A DNA stretch of 64,000 nucleotides from an uncultured Phycisphaerales bacterium (GCA_963758525.1 CAVWVQ010000002.1:392350-456349); one strand, 5' to 3'; numbered from the stretch's first letter, positions 10,447-21,233 are shown. The notes: generated from the sequence alone by a model not told the origin. A program made the numbers and translations.

Positions 10447-12041
10447 AACTCCGCCAAACGCTTATGGCAGCGAGCAGACAGAACAACGCCGCGAGCGCGA
10501 CGGGGCCGGCCATGCTCTGCCCAGCGTGGTCGCGAGCGGCGGCGATCAGGCGCTGGCGCCAGTCTGCCGTTGAGGGCTGCGACGGCGGACCTTGCTCGGC
10601 CAGGGCGTTGAAGGCGCGCTCCACGCCGTCGCTGCGACGATAGATTCCGGGTTGACCCGCCTTGCCCGTGAGCGGCGACCATTCTACAGATCGCTCCTCC
10701 AATGGCGACGAAGAAAACTCCCGGCCGGCCTGTCCGATCCAGTCGAACACGTGGGTCCAGAAGATGACAAATTGTGATTCCCCTGACCACTGATCCGTCG
10801 CGAAGCCGACCCAGACTTTGCGAACGGGATCCGACTGCGCGGCCAGGATCGTTTTCCCGCCGCTCCGCACCAGCGGTTCCCACCCATCCGGCGGCTCAAT
10901 GGTCGCCGGCGTCAGCGGCAGCGCCCCCAATTGATCCCCCGTGTGATCGGCTGATCGCTCACATCCAGCGCCAGGCCGTTGGTCGGAGCCTGGGCGAGGC
11001 TCGAGGCAATGACGATGCCGCGTTGATTGTCGGCAAGATCGGAGCTTTTGGCGACAAGCTCTATCGTCGGCGAGCCGGGCACCGGCGGACGTCGCCGGGC
11101 GTAGACGCCGACCATCCTTTCGACCGACGGATCCAGCGGGATTCGCGGTTCGATCGCAGGCCAGCGCGCGGACCGCGCGAGCCAGGCGCGGTCAGCGGCC
11201 GTGGGATCGTCACTGGACATAATCGCGGCTTCGATTGTTTCCCCCAATTCGCGCGGCGAAAAAAAATAATCGCGAGCCGCGCCGCGCGGCGCGAGCTGGA
11301 CCGTCTGGCGGAGACGCTGATCTCCGCTGATCACCTCCAGAGCAGTTGTCGTGTGACTCGATTCGTTGAGAAGGCGCACCATCACGCCCGGAACCGGCGT
11401 TTCACGGGCGGCAAGTTCGGAGATTCCGATGGCGTCGCTGCCAGCGTCGGGGGCGATCCGAACGACGCGCGAGTCGTTCGTCGCGATCGGCTGATCGCTG
11501 ACGACAAAGACTGAGCCGTCGCTGGATCGCAGCGCCTGAGCCACCATCTGATTGAGCGACGCGCTCGTGTTAAGCGCTGACGTTGGCAGCGAGCTGATCG
11601 CCTGCGTCATCCCAGCCGCGTCCGTCAGTTTCTCGTTTCCGCCAGGCAGAACGTGCAGCCGAATCGACACACGAGGGGCGCGCTTGGCCACTTCCTCGGC
11701 AAGCAGAGCCGCTGCAACACGGACGCGCGGCAAGCCGTGTGATGGCGCGGACATCGTTCCGCCGCAGTCAAGCACGACCTCAAGAGGCGCACCTTCGCCC
11801 CCCCTGCCCCAAACGGCGGGTCGTGCCGATGCGAGAATTGACAGGAGCATCGCGACGATGACCAGCAGCACCGGCAACGGCGGCTTCCGGACGCCGGGCC
11901 GCTTCGGCCGCGCCTCGATCGCCGTCCGCCAAAGTTCAAGATATGGAACCTGCGCCGCGCGAAGCGTCCCCAGAGAACCCAGAGGGCAACCCCACCCCAC
12001 GGGATCAATCCAACCAGCCACAACGGTGATGCGAACCACAT
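10445..12041 (-). CDS. BatA-like membrane protein with vWA-like domain (two apparent frameshifts, ~11955 and ~10920)
   Basis: MWFASPLWLVGLIP N-terminus, VPYLELW...LLSILASARP BatA signature, VVLDCGGTMS, C-terminal TM; pieces lie in three ORF segments. Confidence 0.7.
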
Positions 12042-12207
12042 ACGTGCGCGAGGAATCGTATGGTATATCGCGGCGAGCGGATAGCCGAGGTGACCGGTGG
12101 AATGGGCGCAGCCCCTCGCATTCCCTCGATCTCTCCCGCCATTGGGTTTGCCGAGCGTTGCCTGGCCGATATGATCCTTTTCGATCCGCGTCTCCAGGAG
12201 CTGTTGC

Positions 12208-13702
12208 ATGATTCGTACCAAGATTGTCGCGACGATGGGGCCGGCCTGTTCGGACGTGGCGTCGCTCACGAAGCTTTTTGAAGCGGGCGTGGACGTCTGC
12301 CGGGTGAATTTTTCCCACGGCTCGCTCGACACGGCGCTGGCAACGCTCCGCAATATTCGCGAAGCGGCGACGGCGACGGGTTTGCCGGTCGCGGTGCTGG
12401 GAGACCTCTGCGGTCCGAAGATCCGGCTTGGCAAAGTCATTGATGCGAACGGCGCCGGCGGAATGCCCATCAAGGTCGGCGACACGCTCACGATCGTCCG
12501 TCTCCCGATCGTCGGCGTCGAAGGACGTGTCAGCAGCACCTATCCCGGCTTGATCGACGACGTGAAGATCGGCGATCGAGTGCTGATCGAAGACGGACTG
12601 ATTCGTTTCGTCTGCACGGAAAAGACCGACGATCAAATCATCTGCAGCTGCACCTCCGGCGGAATTCTCAAAAGCTCCAAGGGAATCAACCTTCCCAATA
12701 GCGCGGTGAATCTCCCGTCGATCACCGAGCGCGATTGGGAATGCGTCGACTGGGCCGTGGAAAACCACCTCGACTACCTGGCACTCTCCTTCGTCCGCAA
12801 GGCCCAGGACCTGATCGACCTGCGGCAATATCTGCACGACAAGGTCAGTGACATTCACCTCATCGCCAAGATCGAAAAGGCGGAGGCGATCGTAGAGATC
12901 GACGCGATTATCGAAGCCAGCGACGGGCTGATGGTGGCGCGCGGAGATTTGGGCGTCGAGATGGACGTGGCGCGGGTACCGATCATCCAGAAGGACCTGA
13001 TCCGCCGTTGCCAGGCGGCGGGAAAGCCGGTCATCGTGGCGACGCAGATGCTGCAGAGCATGATTGAAAATTCCTCGCCGACCCGCGCGGAGGTCAGCGA
13101 CGTTGCCAACGCGATTATCGACGGCACCGACGCCGTCATGCTCAGCGGCGAGACATCAGTCGGGAAGTTCCCGATCGGCTCCGTGCTCACCATGGCGCAT
13201 GTCGCTTCCGTGACGGAAGATTATCTCGCCGCGCGTTTCGACGAGGATTCACCCTCGCCGCCTCACGTGCGGACGACGCTGCCTTCGGGGGCGATCGCGC
13301 GGGGCGCTGCAGATCGTCCGCGAACTGAGTCCGAAGCTGGTGGTGGTCTGGACGATGACCGGCGCGACCGCCCGCGTCTTCTCGAAACATCGCTTCCCGG
13401 TTCCGCTCATCGGATTGTCCAGCGACCCGCGCGTGCTGCGCCGAATGGCACTGCTGTATGGCGTGATCGCCCAGGAAATGCCGGCCTGCCTGGAGATGAA
13501 CGATCTGATCCGCGGCATCGATGCGCTGGTGATCGAACGCAAATTCGCCGCGCCATCGGATCGGGTCGTCATTGTCGCCGGATGGTCGCCGGCGATGCCA
13601 GGAACCATGAACGGCATGATGATTCACACCGTCGGTCAGCCTTGGATTGCGATGCCCAATGCGCAGGTGCTGCGACAGTTGACCAAGGCCGAGCGGGAGT
13701 AG
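12208..13702 (+). CDS. pyk: Pyruvate kinase (frameshift near 13300)
   Basis: RTKIVATMGP, RVNFSHG, IAKIE, MVARGDLGVE, ATQML, DAVMLSGET; C-terminal alpha/beta domain in ORF 13340-13702. Confidence 0.95.
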
Positions 13703-13722
13703 TCATCTTGTTGGAAGAAGAG

Positions 13723-13942
13723 AAATCACCCTCACCCCAATCCTCTCCCGGAATACCGGGAGAGGGGGTAACGAAAAGAGTTCCTGGCCGCGCCGCGCAG
13801 CGAACCGCTTTCAACAGCCTGCTTCACGCTTTGATCGAGTTTCGTCTGCACAAGCTGCGCGGCCCGGCGCGGCTTAGACGTGGTTTCAGAACCCTTCCCC
13901 CTCTCCCGGTACTCCGGGAGAGGGCAGGGGTGAGGGTGATTT
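13723..13942. repeat. REP doublet, family C (CCCTCACCCC..CCTCTCCCG..TACCGGGAGAGGG)
   Basis: Copy at 13723-13769 and inverted copy at 13896-13942; relatives at 19883, 21048, 21141, 45941. Confidence 0.85.
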
Positions 13943-13992
13943 GGAGCTTCGAAAGCCGCTGGTTTCGGACGCCGATAGTATGCGACCGGGAT

Positions 13993-14646
13993 ATGAGGCA
14001 TCTCGTGCTTCGAGTTGGTCATGCCTGCGCCTTGGTTGTTCTCTTCTTGCTGGCCGGCACGGGTTGCGAATCGACGAATGCCCCGCCGACGACCCGGCCG
14101 GCGACTGATGTGGACTATCATGAAGGCCAGTCCAATTTTTGGTATGCCAAGCCGGGCAGGGCAAACGCGACGTGCGGGAACTACGACGCGCTCTGGCAGA
14201 ACAGCATGCGCGTAGCTCACGCGGATGGATTTTTCATCGATCGGGAGGAATATCGCGACGGCCTGCTGACGACCAAGCCGCTGATCTCCGCCCAGATTTT
14301 TGAGCCCTGGAGAAACGACGTCGGCGATCTCCGCGGCGCGGTTCAAAGCACGATCGCCACCGTCCGCCGAACGATTCATTTCGACATCCGCAAACTGCCC
14401 GACGGCCGATACTCGGTGGTCCCCAAGGTGCTCATCGAGCGGCATTCCCTGGCCGAGCGGCGCATCACTTCCGTCACTGAGTACCTGGATGTCTTCGCCG
14501 TCGACCGCCCGTTGGATCAGCCGTACACCGAAGAGGGAGTGGCGCTGGTGCCGGATTACTGGTACGCCGTGGGCCGGGATTACGCGCTCGAAAAGAAACT
14601 GGTCCGGCAGTTGGAGAATTCGCTGGCGGGGCTTGCGTGCGATTGA
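13993..14646 (+). CDS. Hypothetical lipoprotein
   Basis: Hydrophobic signal ending LAGTG-C, followed by PTTRPA. Confidence 0.75.
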   Translation: MRHLVLRVGHACALVVLFLLAGTGCESTNAPPTTRPATDVDYHEGQSNFWYAKPGRANATCGNYDALWQNSMRVAHADGFFIDREEYRDGLLTTKPLISAQIFEPWRNDVGDLRGAVQSTIATVRRTIHFDIRKLPDGRYSVVPKVLIERHSLAERRITSVTEYLDVFAVDRPLDQPYTEEGVALVPDYWYAVGRDYALEKKLVRQLENSLAGLACD

Positions 14647-14718
14647 ATGGCGAACGCTGAACCTGAAACCGATGATTGAGTTCGGTTTTGATCAACATCA
14701 ATCAGTCTTGCAGTATTT

Positions 14719-15210
14719 ATGCCAACAACTGCTTCGCTACAAGATGTGACCGGGTTTCGCGGAGAGAAGATCGTCGAGCTTTGCTTGACAGACTACAGCG
14801 CGTTTGCAGGACCGCTATTTCGTCCGGGATTTCTGGGCGACAAGTGGCCGGCCGTTGACTTTTACGTGGAACTTAACGGGGTACCTGGGAAACGCCCATA
14901 TTTTCTGGTCCAAAGCAAAGCAACAACCTCGAATCTGACCGCCCGCGCGGCGGGTCTGCGGATATCTTCAACGAGGACTGACATCGCAAGATTGCTCGAG
15001 ATACCTGGTCCGACTTATATTCTCGGTGTGCATGAGCCGTCCCGCAGAGTATTCGCGAAGTCCGTGCATAGTGGTATCGCCATGAGGGCTATCACCCGGA
15101 TAGAATTGAATCATGAGCTGACCAGCGCGAATCTTCAACGGCTGTATGACGAGGTACGGGGTTACTGGCAATCGACTGAACACAAACCCACGACATCGGT
15201 GTTTGCATGA
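14719..15210 (+). CDS. DUF4365-like PD-(D/E)XK nuclease-fold protein A
   Basis: RGE helix, PAVDFYVE...FLVQSKAT motif; visibly lower GC. Confidence 0.7.
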   Translation: MPTTASLQDVTGFRGEKIVELCLTDYSAFAGPLFRPGFLGDKWPAVDFYVELNGVPGKRPYFLVQSKATTSNLTARAAGLRISSTRTDIARLLEIPGPTYILGVHEPSRRVFAKSVHSGIAMRAITRIELNHELTSANLQRLYDEVRGYWQSTEHKPTTSVFA

Positions 15211-15668
15211 ACGCCCAAAATTCGCGATCACAACTTGCAACTCGCCGCGCCAATCTTCTCGCGGAATTATTCTTGCAGGACCTCAATCCGGTGTTCGTTT
15301 CCAAGCCGACATCGGAAGACCTTGGGTATGATTTTCTTGTTGGATTTTCCAACGACAAGGCGGGTATCAATACCTTTGCGGTCGAGGTGAAGCCTACTGA
15401 ACGGCCGCCAGGATCGCGGTTTCCCATTTCACGAAATTCCTTCGACCGAATCACCCACTCCAATGTTCCTGGCCTGCTTCTGGTCGCTGATGTCAAGCAG
15501 AACCGACTCTATTACGCATGGCTGCGGCCGGACGATTCGAACACCGCACGCAACACTGTCTCGATCCCAATTGCGGAGATAAACGAGACGACGACAAAAC
15601 AGCTCAAGAGTCGTCTTGAGAAGGCGGAAGACGGTGTGGCGGTCGCAGGGCGGCTAGCCGGCGCATGA
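15207..15668 (+). CDS. DUF4365-like PD-(D/E)XK nuclease-fold protein B
   Basis: DLGYDFLV...FAVEVK, PGLLLVAD..YYAWL; ATGA overlap with upstream gene. Confidence 0.7.
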   Translation: MNAQNSRSQLATRRANLLAELFLQDLNPVFVSKPTSEDLGYDFLVGFSNDKAGINTFAVEVKPTERPPGSRFPISRNSFDRITHSNVPGLLLVADVKQNRLYYAWLRPDDSNTARNTVSIPIAEINETTTKQLKSRLEKAEDGVAVAGRLAGA

Positions 15669-15732
15669 CAGTCCGAAATCCCAACCCCCCGGATCGGCGT
15701 AACTCCCGCGCCGCGTTGAACGTAAACTTTAT

Positions 15733-15762
15733 TTGCTCAGTAACGGGGTGTGCCGGTATGAT
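15733..15762 (+). promoter_or_regulatory. Candidate sigma70 promoter
   Basis: TTGCTC-N18-TATGAT upstream of the large surface protein gene. Confidence 0.4.
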
Positions 15763-15925
15763 TCTCCTGGCAGCCCTTCGGCGTGAGCGCCGGGCGCGGG
15801 CAGCCTGGCGTGATGTCACTCTCGTTATTTCAGTCGGCCAATGAGGTTGCGGACAGGTGCACGCCGCCGGTGGCGCGTCCAGACGGACAATCTGTCAACA
15901 CCGCTTCTCGCCGCTGGAGGGTCTC

Positions 15926-18715
15926 ATGGGTATGAGGTCGTTATTCCCCGCGTCCTGGTTTGTCTCGTCCGATCCGGCCCGCTCCGACCGGCGCCGGCGC
16001 CAGGCATCCCTTGCCGTCGAACGGGCGGCTGGCGTCACCGTCGAATCCCTCGAAACTCGCGTTCTGTTTGCGGCGATTACCGCGACGCTTACGCCCGCCC
16101 CGCCGCCCCCGGTGGTCAGCGCCGCCGCAACGACTGAAAAGGTGATCATTACTTACGTTGATCCCGATATGGTCGCGCTTCCGATTACGGGATTTTCCGC
16201 CAGCAACATCACCGTTGCCGGCCCCGCGATGGCAACGGTTGCTTCGGTCAGCGTGACGCAAGCCGCCGGCTCCGGCACTGCCGTCGCGACATACGTGGTC
16301 GACGCCCCCGGCGCAACGACCTGGAACGCTTCTGAGAACGGAAGCTACACCATCAGCCTGCACGCGGGCGTCACCGACGCCGATGCCAACACCGCCGCGC
16401 CCAATCCAACCTTCGGCGTTTTTACGGTCGCGATTCCCCCGACGGCGACCGTTGCGCCGGTTGCAGACATCACGACGGCCACGCCGGACACTTTCAACGT
16501 TGTCGTTACCTACGTAAGCCCCGGCGGTCAGATCCTTGGATCAACCATCGGGACCGACAACATCACCGTGAAAGGCCCCACCGGCCCTGGGAGCAGTTCG
16601 TTGGCGGTTGCCTCGATCACTCCCGCGACAAATACCAACAGCGCGACGGAAGTAGTGACCTACACCGTCGACTCCCCAACGCCCGGCTCGTTCAGTGCGC
16701 TGGACGACGGAACGTACACCATTGGAATCGTCGGCAACGTGACTGACACGACTGCCGTGCATGTTGCCGCCAACCCGTCGGTGCAGACGTTCACCGTCAA
16801 CATCGCCGACGTTCCCACCGCCGTGCTCACGCAGCCGGCGAATATCACCACCAGCGGCGTCAGCAGCGAGCCCATTGTTGTGACGTACACCGAGCCCGGC
16901 GCCGCCGATATGCCTCCGGTGCTAGTCGCTGGAAGTTCGATCGATACCACCAACATCAGCGTCACCAGTCCCAACGCGACGCCGATCACGATCACCGCGG
17001 TCACTCCGCCGTCCCCTGCCGACGGCTCGCCGCTGGTTGTCACTTACACCGCATCGCTTCCCGCCGGCATGACATTCACCGATGCGCTCAACGGGGTCTA
17101 TACCATCGCCCTGGCAAACACGGTGACCGGAACCAACGCCGCTCCGGTTACGCCGGACGATATGTTCGGAACCTTCACCGTCGCCCTGTCCGACACGACC
17201 GGACCCACGGCAACGGTCACGGCGCAGCCGGTCCTGCAGTCGACCGGCACCACGACTCAGATCATCGTCACTTATGTCGACGATGGGGCCGTTCTGACCT
17301 CCAGTGTCGCCGACGCCGGCAATGGCGCCATTACGGTGAAGGATACCACCACCGGCGAGACGTTGAACGTCGTCGATGCCACCATCGCTGCCGGGACCCC
17401 AGTCAACCCGCAGACGCTCGTCGTCACGTATACGGTCGAGCAGCCCAGCGACAATGCATTCTCTTCCTCCGACAACGGCACATACACGATCGCACTGACG
17501 GGTGCTCCCGCGGTGACCGACACCACCGGAAATCCGGTGCTGGCCAATCCCAATCTCGGCACGCTTCTGATTGACATCGGCAATACCACGCGACCCACCG
17601 GCACGGTCACCGCGCCGGCTATCACCACCAACGCGATCACCGGCGAAACCATCACGTTTGTTTTGACCGACGTTGCGGCAATCAAGCTCTCCACGATCAC
17701 GCTGAACAGCCTGAAAGTGCTCGCCCCAAATGGCGCGCAGCTCAAGCCAACTTCCCTTTCGCTCAGCTCGGGCGTTGATGCCCCCGTTGTCACCGCCGTC
17801 TACGTCGTCGCAGCGCCCAATGGCGCAAGTTTCACCGGCGCTGACAACGGCACCTACACGGTCGCCCTGAACGGCGTAACCGATATTCAAGGCCTGCCCG
17901 TGGTTCCCAGCGGCGTGAATACCGCGTTTGCCGTGTCTATCGAGACGATCCAAAACCCGCAGCCGGAAGGAGAATTCGGCGTCTTCAACGGAAAGATGCG
18001 CAAGCTCCGCTTCTACGACGTCCCGCTGGGAACCACCATCACTCTCACCGCACGCGGCGGGCAGGGAAGCGTGACGCAGGAAGGGGATGGCAGCCTGAGC
18101 ATTGTCATGAACGATTTCGGCGGCGGGCTGAATGTCAATGTGCTCAGCAGCGGAAATCATCCGGTCAATTACGAGAGCGTGATCGTGCATGGATCGGTCA
18201 ATAACTTCCAATCGCTCACCGGCAATCTACTCGGCACATTCCAGGCCTCAGGCACGCTGACCAAGGCAACCTTCCGCCAACTCCTTGGCACGTTGGTGAC
18301 GTCAGGCTCCATCCTCAATCTCAAAGTGCTTCGCGCGGTGACGGACTCGCAAATTCTCAGCGGCGTGCTTTTTGGCGCCGACGGACTTTTCGGCACCAAC
18401 CCCACCACTCTCGTTGACGATGACACTTACGCCCCCGGTTTCATCCGGAATATCAACATCGGCGGCTCTTTCTCGGACTCGGTTGTCGCCGCCGGCGCGG
18501 ATCCCGGCGCGGATCTGATCTTCGGCTTCAACGCTTCCACCCAGACCGACGACGATGTGCGCGCCGGGACGGCGACCAGCATCATCCAGACCATCACAGC
18601 CATCGGCTCGGACGGACTCACCCGCTTCGAAGCCGGTCACTTCGGGCAGTTCAAGTTCGCGAAGCACAAGTTCTTCCCCGACGCGACGACCGACAATCGG
18701 TTCAAAGGGCTGTAG
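15926..18715 (+). CDS. Large extracellular Thr-rich repeat protein with ESLETRVL motif
   Basis: GGAGG RBS; five ~120-aa Ig-like repeats ending in NG(S/T/V)YT(I/V)/DGTYTI; C-terminal domain shared with 49292-53647. Confidence 0.85.
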   Translation: MGMRSLFPASWFVSSDPARSDRRRRQASLAVERAAGVTVESLETRVLFAAITATLTPAPPPPVVSAAATTEKVIITYVDPDMVALPITGFSASNITVAGPAMATVASVSVTQAAGSGTAVATYVVDAPGATTWNASENGSYTISLHAGVTDADANTAAPNPTFGVFTVAIPPTATVAPVADITTATPDTFNVVVTYVSPGGQILGSTIGTDNITVKGPTGPGSSSLAVASITPATNTNSATEVVTYTVDSPTPGSFSALDDGTYTIGIVGNVTDTTAVHVAANPSVQTFTVNIADVPTAVLTQPANITTSGVSSEPIVVTYTEPGAADMPPVLVAGSSIDTTNISVTSPNATPITITAVTPPSPADGSPLVVTYTASLPAGMTFTDALNGVYTIALANTVTGTNAAPVTPDDMFGTFTVALSDTTGPTATVTAQPVLQSTGTTTQIIVTYVDDGAVLTSSVADAGNGAITVKDTTTGETLNVVDATIAAGTPVNPQTLVVTYTVEQPSDNAFSSSDNGTYTIALTGAPAVTDTTGNPVLANPNLGTLLIDIGNTTRPTGTVTAPAITTNAITGETITFVLTDVAAIKLSTITLNSLKVLAPNGAQLKPTSLSLSSGVDAPVVTAVYVVAAPNGASFTGADNGTYTVALNGVTDIQGLPVVPSGVNTAFAVSIETIQNPQPEGEFGVFNGKMRKLRFYDVPLGTTITLTARGGQGSVTQEGDGSLSIVMNDFGGGLNVNVLSSGNHPVNYESVIVHGSVNNFQSLTGNLLGTFQASGTLTKATFRQLLGTLVTSGSILNLKVLRAVTDSQILSGVLFGADGLFGTNPTTLVDDDTYAPGFIRNINIGGSFSDSVVAAGADPGADLIFGFNASTQTDDDVRAGTATSIIQTITAIGSDGLTRFEAGHFGQFKFAKHKFFPDATTDNRFKGL

Positions 18716-18719
18716 GAAA

Positions 18720-18957
18720 GTTCAGGGTGTCGGGGTTCAGGGTGTCAGGGTTCAGGGTTCAGGGTTCAGGGTTCAGGGTTCAGGCGCGAGGAACCGAGGA
18801 ACCGCAAACGATGGATGGGGCGCAAATGAGACAGTATGCTTCTGCCCGATACCTCAAATTAGTGACGCCCTTCTGCGTTCTTCCCCTGAACCCTGAACCC
18901 TGAACCCTGAACCCTGAACCCTGAACTCTGAACCCTGAACCCTGAACCCTGAACCCT
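18720..18957. repeat. Inverted pair of heptamer arrays (GTTCAGG)n ... (CCTGAAC)10
   Basis: Array 18720-18784 and reverse-complement array 18885-18954 enclose ~100 bp. Confidence 0.9.
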
Positions 18958-18962
18958 CACCT

Positions 18963-19811
18963 ATGCTTCGTTTATCCGCTTTTGCTGATGAAATTGCGCC
19001 GGAGTTGGACGAGCAGATCCGCGTCTGTCGGGCCTGCGGGATCACCCACGTCGAGTTGCGCACTGTGGATGGAATCAACGTGCTCGACTTCGACAAGTCT
19101 CGCCGCGACGACATCCGGTCGCGCCTGCGCGACAGCGGGCTGGGGGTGCAGACCATCGCCAGCCCCATCGGCAAGGTGAAGCTCAGCGACTCCTGGCCGG
19201 CGCACCTCGACCGGTTCAAAGTCGCAGTCGAATGTGCCGAGTTTTTTGACGCGCCGTTCATCCGCGTTTTCAGCTATTACGCTTCGTCGGCCGACGAAGA
19301 CATTCGCAAGCAGCGTGACGAGGTGCTCCGCCGGATGCGCGCAAAGGTCGATTATCTCGACGGTCATCACGTGATCCTTCTTCATGAGAATGAGAAAGAT
19401 ATTTACGGCCAGCTCGGTCGCGAGTGCCTGGATCTGATGACCGCGATCGACTCGCCACGTCTCCGCTGCGCGTTCGATTCGGCGAACTTCGTGCAGGCCG
19501 GGGAGCGCCCGCTGGACAACTGGTCATTGCTCAAGCCGTACACCGCGCAGATTCACGTCAAGGATGCGAAGAAGTCGGACGGCTCCTGTGTGCTGGTGGG
19601 CACGGGAGACGGCGATTATCCGGCGATCATCGCCGATGCATATCGAAGCGGCTATCGCGGCTTCCTCAGCCTTGAGCCGCACCTGGCGGTCGCCGGGCAG
19701 TTCAGCGGGTTCAGCGGGCCGAAGCTGTTTACCGAAGATGCCGTCGCGCTGCGCGAACTGTGCGCCAGGGCAAACGTTCCGCTTGCCGACCCGCGTCATC
19801 GCGGTGGATAA
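18963..19811 (+). CDS. Sugar phosphate isomerase/epimerase (xylose isomerase-like TIM barrel)
   Basis: LSAFADEI, ASPIGK, HENEK, FDSANF, HVKDA, SLEPHL. Confidence 0.9.
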   Translation: MLRLSAFADEIAPELDEQIRVCRACGITHVELRTVDGINVLDFDKSRRDDIRSRLRDSGLGVQTIASPIGKVKLSDSWPAHLDRFKVAVECAEFFDAPFIRVFSYYASSADEDIRKQRDEVLRRMRAKVDYLDGHHVILLHENEKDIYGQLGRECLDLMTAIDSPRLRCAFDSANFVQAGERPLDNWSLLKPYTAQIHVKDAKKSDGSCVLVGTGDGDYPAIIADAYRSGYRGFLSLEPHLAVAGQFSGFSGPKLFTEDAVALRELCARANVPLADPRHRGG

Positions 19812-19882
19812 GAGCCATCCTCAGGCCAACCCTCTCCACCGGGAGTGGGTGATTGCGAGGACCAACGGCCCCCACCGTTCAA

Positions 19883-19929
19883 AAATCACCCTCACCCCAG
19901 CCCTCTCCCGCGGTACCGGGAGAGGGGGT
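19883..19929 (+). repeat. REP family C copy
   Basis: AAATCACCCTCACCCCAGCCCTCTCCCGCGGTACCGGGAGAGGGGG between convergent genes. Confidence 0.85.
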
Positions 19930-19973
19930 AGGAGGTCGCTCGAAGTTCTGAAACGTTCGCGGAGTTGCTCAGC

Positions 19974-21233
19974 CTACCGCGTGCGATCATTCGCTTCATT
20001 TTCGTAATAGTCGAAGCTGGAGCCGAGTTTCTCCAGGAGCGGACGGGTAACCCGGTTCAGTTCTTCAATCACCTCGTCCGGCAGAGCTTCCGAAGCGGTC
20101 TGGATGTTTCGTCTCAGATTGGCGGCATCGGATGATCCGCAAAGCGAACTGGTGATTCCCTTTCCGGCGATCGCCCATTTCAGGGAGATCGACGCCATGC
20201 TCAGCCCGTGCCGCTGTGCGATACGGCGGATCGCGTTCAAGGCCGCGACCATCTCGGCTTCGGCGCCCGGCAGCCCATGCCGGCACTGCGCATTGCGACG
20301 GCAATTAAAGTGCCGCGTGCGCCGTTGCGGCGCCGGGATTTCATCCAGCGTGGCATAGCGCCCAGCGAGCACTCCCTGCATCAGGGCCATGTATCCGACA
20401 ACGCCAATCCCGCGGTCGCGGCACCAGGGCAGGATCTCAAGCTCGATGGCACGCGTCAGCAGGCTGTACGGCAACTGGTTGACGACGATGTCGGCGCCGG
20501 TTCCGAGCGCCTCGTTCAATTTCTGCACGCCAAAGTTGGCGACGCCGATGTGGCGGATCTTCCCCTTCGCCTGCAGGTCGCGGAGCGCGCCAAACGCCTC
20601 GGTCACGGAAGGAATAGGCAACGGTTCGGATGTGAAATGACGAATCGAGTGCGCCGAGATCGGCCAGTGAACCATGTACAAATCGATGTAGTTCACTTGC
20701 AGCCGCCGCAGGCTCGCCTCGCAGTGTTCGATGAGCTTTTCGGGAGCGGCGTGATGCGGACTGACTTTGGTCGCGATGAGAATGCGATCGCGGGCGATCC
20801 CCGCAACGGCTTGTCCAAGCGCGGTTTCGCTTGCGCCGTCGTTATACGCTTCGGCAGTGTCGAAGAAATTGCAGCCATGATCGATCGCGCAGCGGACGAC
20901 CTCGTTCACGTCGGCTTGAGCGACCTGTCCCCAATAGCTCCCGCCGCCGAACGACCAGCAGCCCAAGCCGAGCACGGGAAGCCGCAAGTCGTGGTTGCCG
21001 CAAGGGCGTCGTTGGGTGAGCGACCCGGGATGAGATATCGCGGCGCTTTCCCCCTCCCCTGGTACTCCGGGGGAGGGCTGGGGTGGGGGCGGCGTCGCCC
21101 GAGAATAACCGATCGCATCAGACCACTTCCGACCGACGCTGCCCCCACCCTGACCCCCCTGACCCTCCGCCGGACAACCGGGGGCGGGGAAAGAGGAATC
21201 CTCCAAATTGTCACGCTTCTCGTGTCGTTGCAT
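19974..21233 (-). CDS. Aldo/keto reductase (N-terminus contains in-frame REP doublet)
   Basis: LGLGCW, FFDTAEAY, IATKV, IDLYMVHWP, GKIRHIGVANF, NQLPYSLL. Confidence 0.9.
   Translation of the reverse strand: MQRHEKRDNLEDSSFPAPGCPAEGQGGQGGGSVGRKWSDAIGYSRATPPPPQPSPGVPGEGESAAISHPGSLTQRRPCGNHDLRLPVLGLGCWSFGGGSYWGQVAQADVNEVVRCAIDHGCNFFDTAEAYNDGASETALGQAVAGIARDRILIATKVSPHHAAPEKLIEHCEASLRRLQVNYIDLYMVHWPISAHSIRHFTSEPLPIPSVTEAFGALRDLQAKGKIRHIGVANFGVQKLNEALGTGADIVVNQLPYSLLTRAIELEILPWCRDRGIGVVGYMALMQGVLAGRYATLDEIPAPQRRTRHFNCRRNAQCRHGLPGAEAEMVAALNAIRRIAQRHGLSMASISLKWAIAGKGITSSLCGSSDAANLRRNIQTASEALPDEVIEELNRVTRPLLEKLGSSFDYYENEANDRTR
21048..21192. repeat. REP family C doublet inside the AKR reading frame
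   Basis: 21048-21090 and degenerate inverted copy 21141-21192. Confidence 0.7.

Noticed and set aside
12208..14646. 812-aa pyruvate kinase-lipoprotein fusion ORF
   Set aside because: The true pyk C-terminus is in another frame (13340-13702); the long ORF reads through a REP doublet by chance after an indel.
18720..18957. Possible CRISPR array
   Set aside because: Units are 7 nt with no unique spacers; no cas genes in the window.
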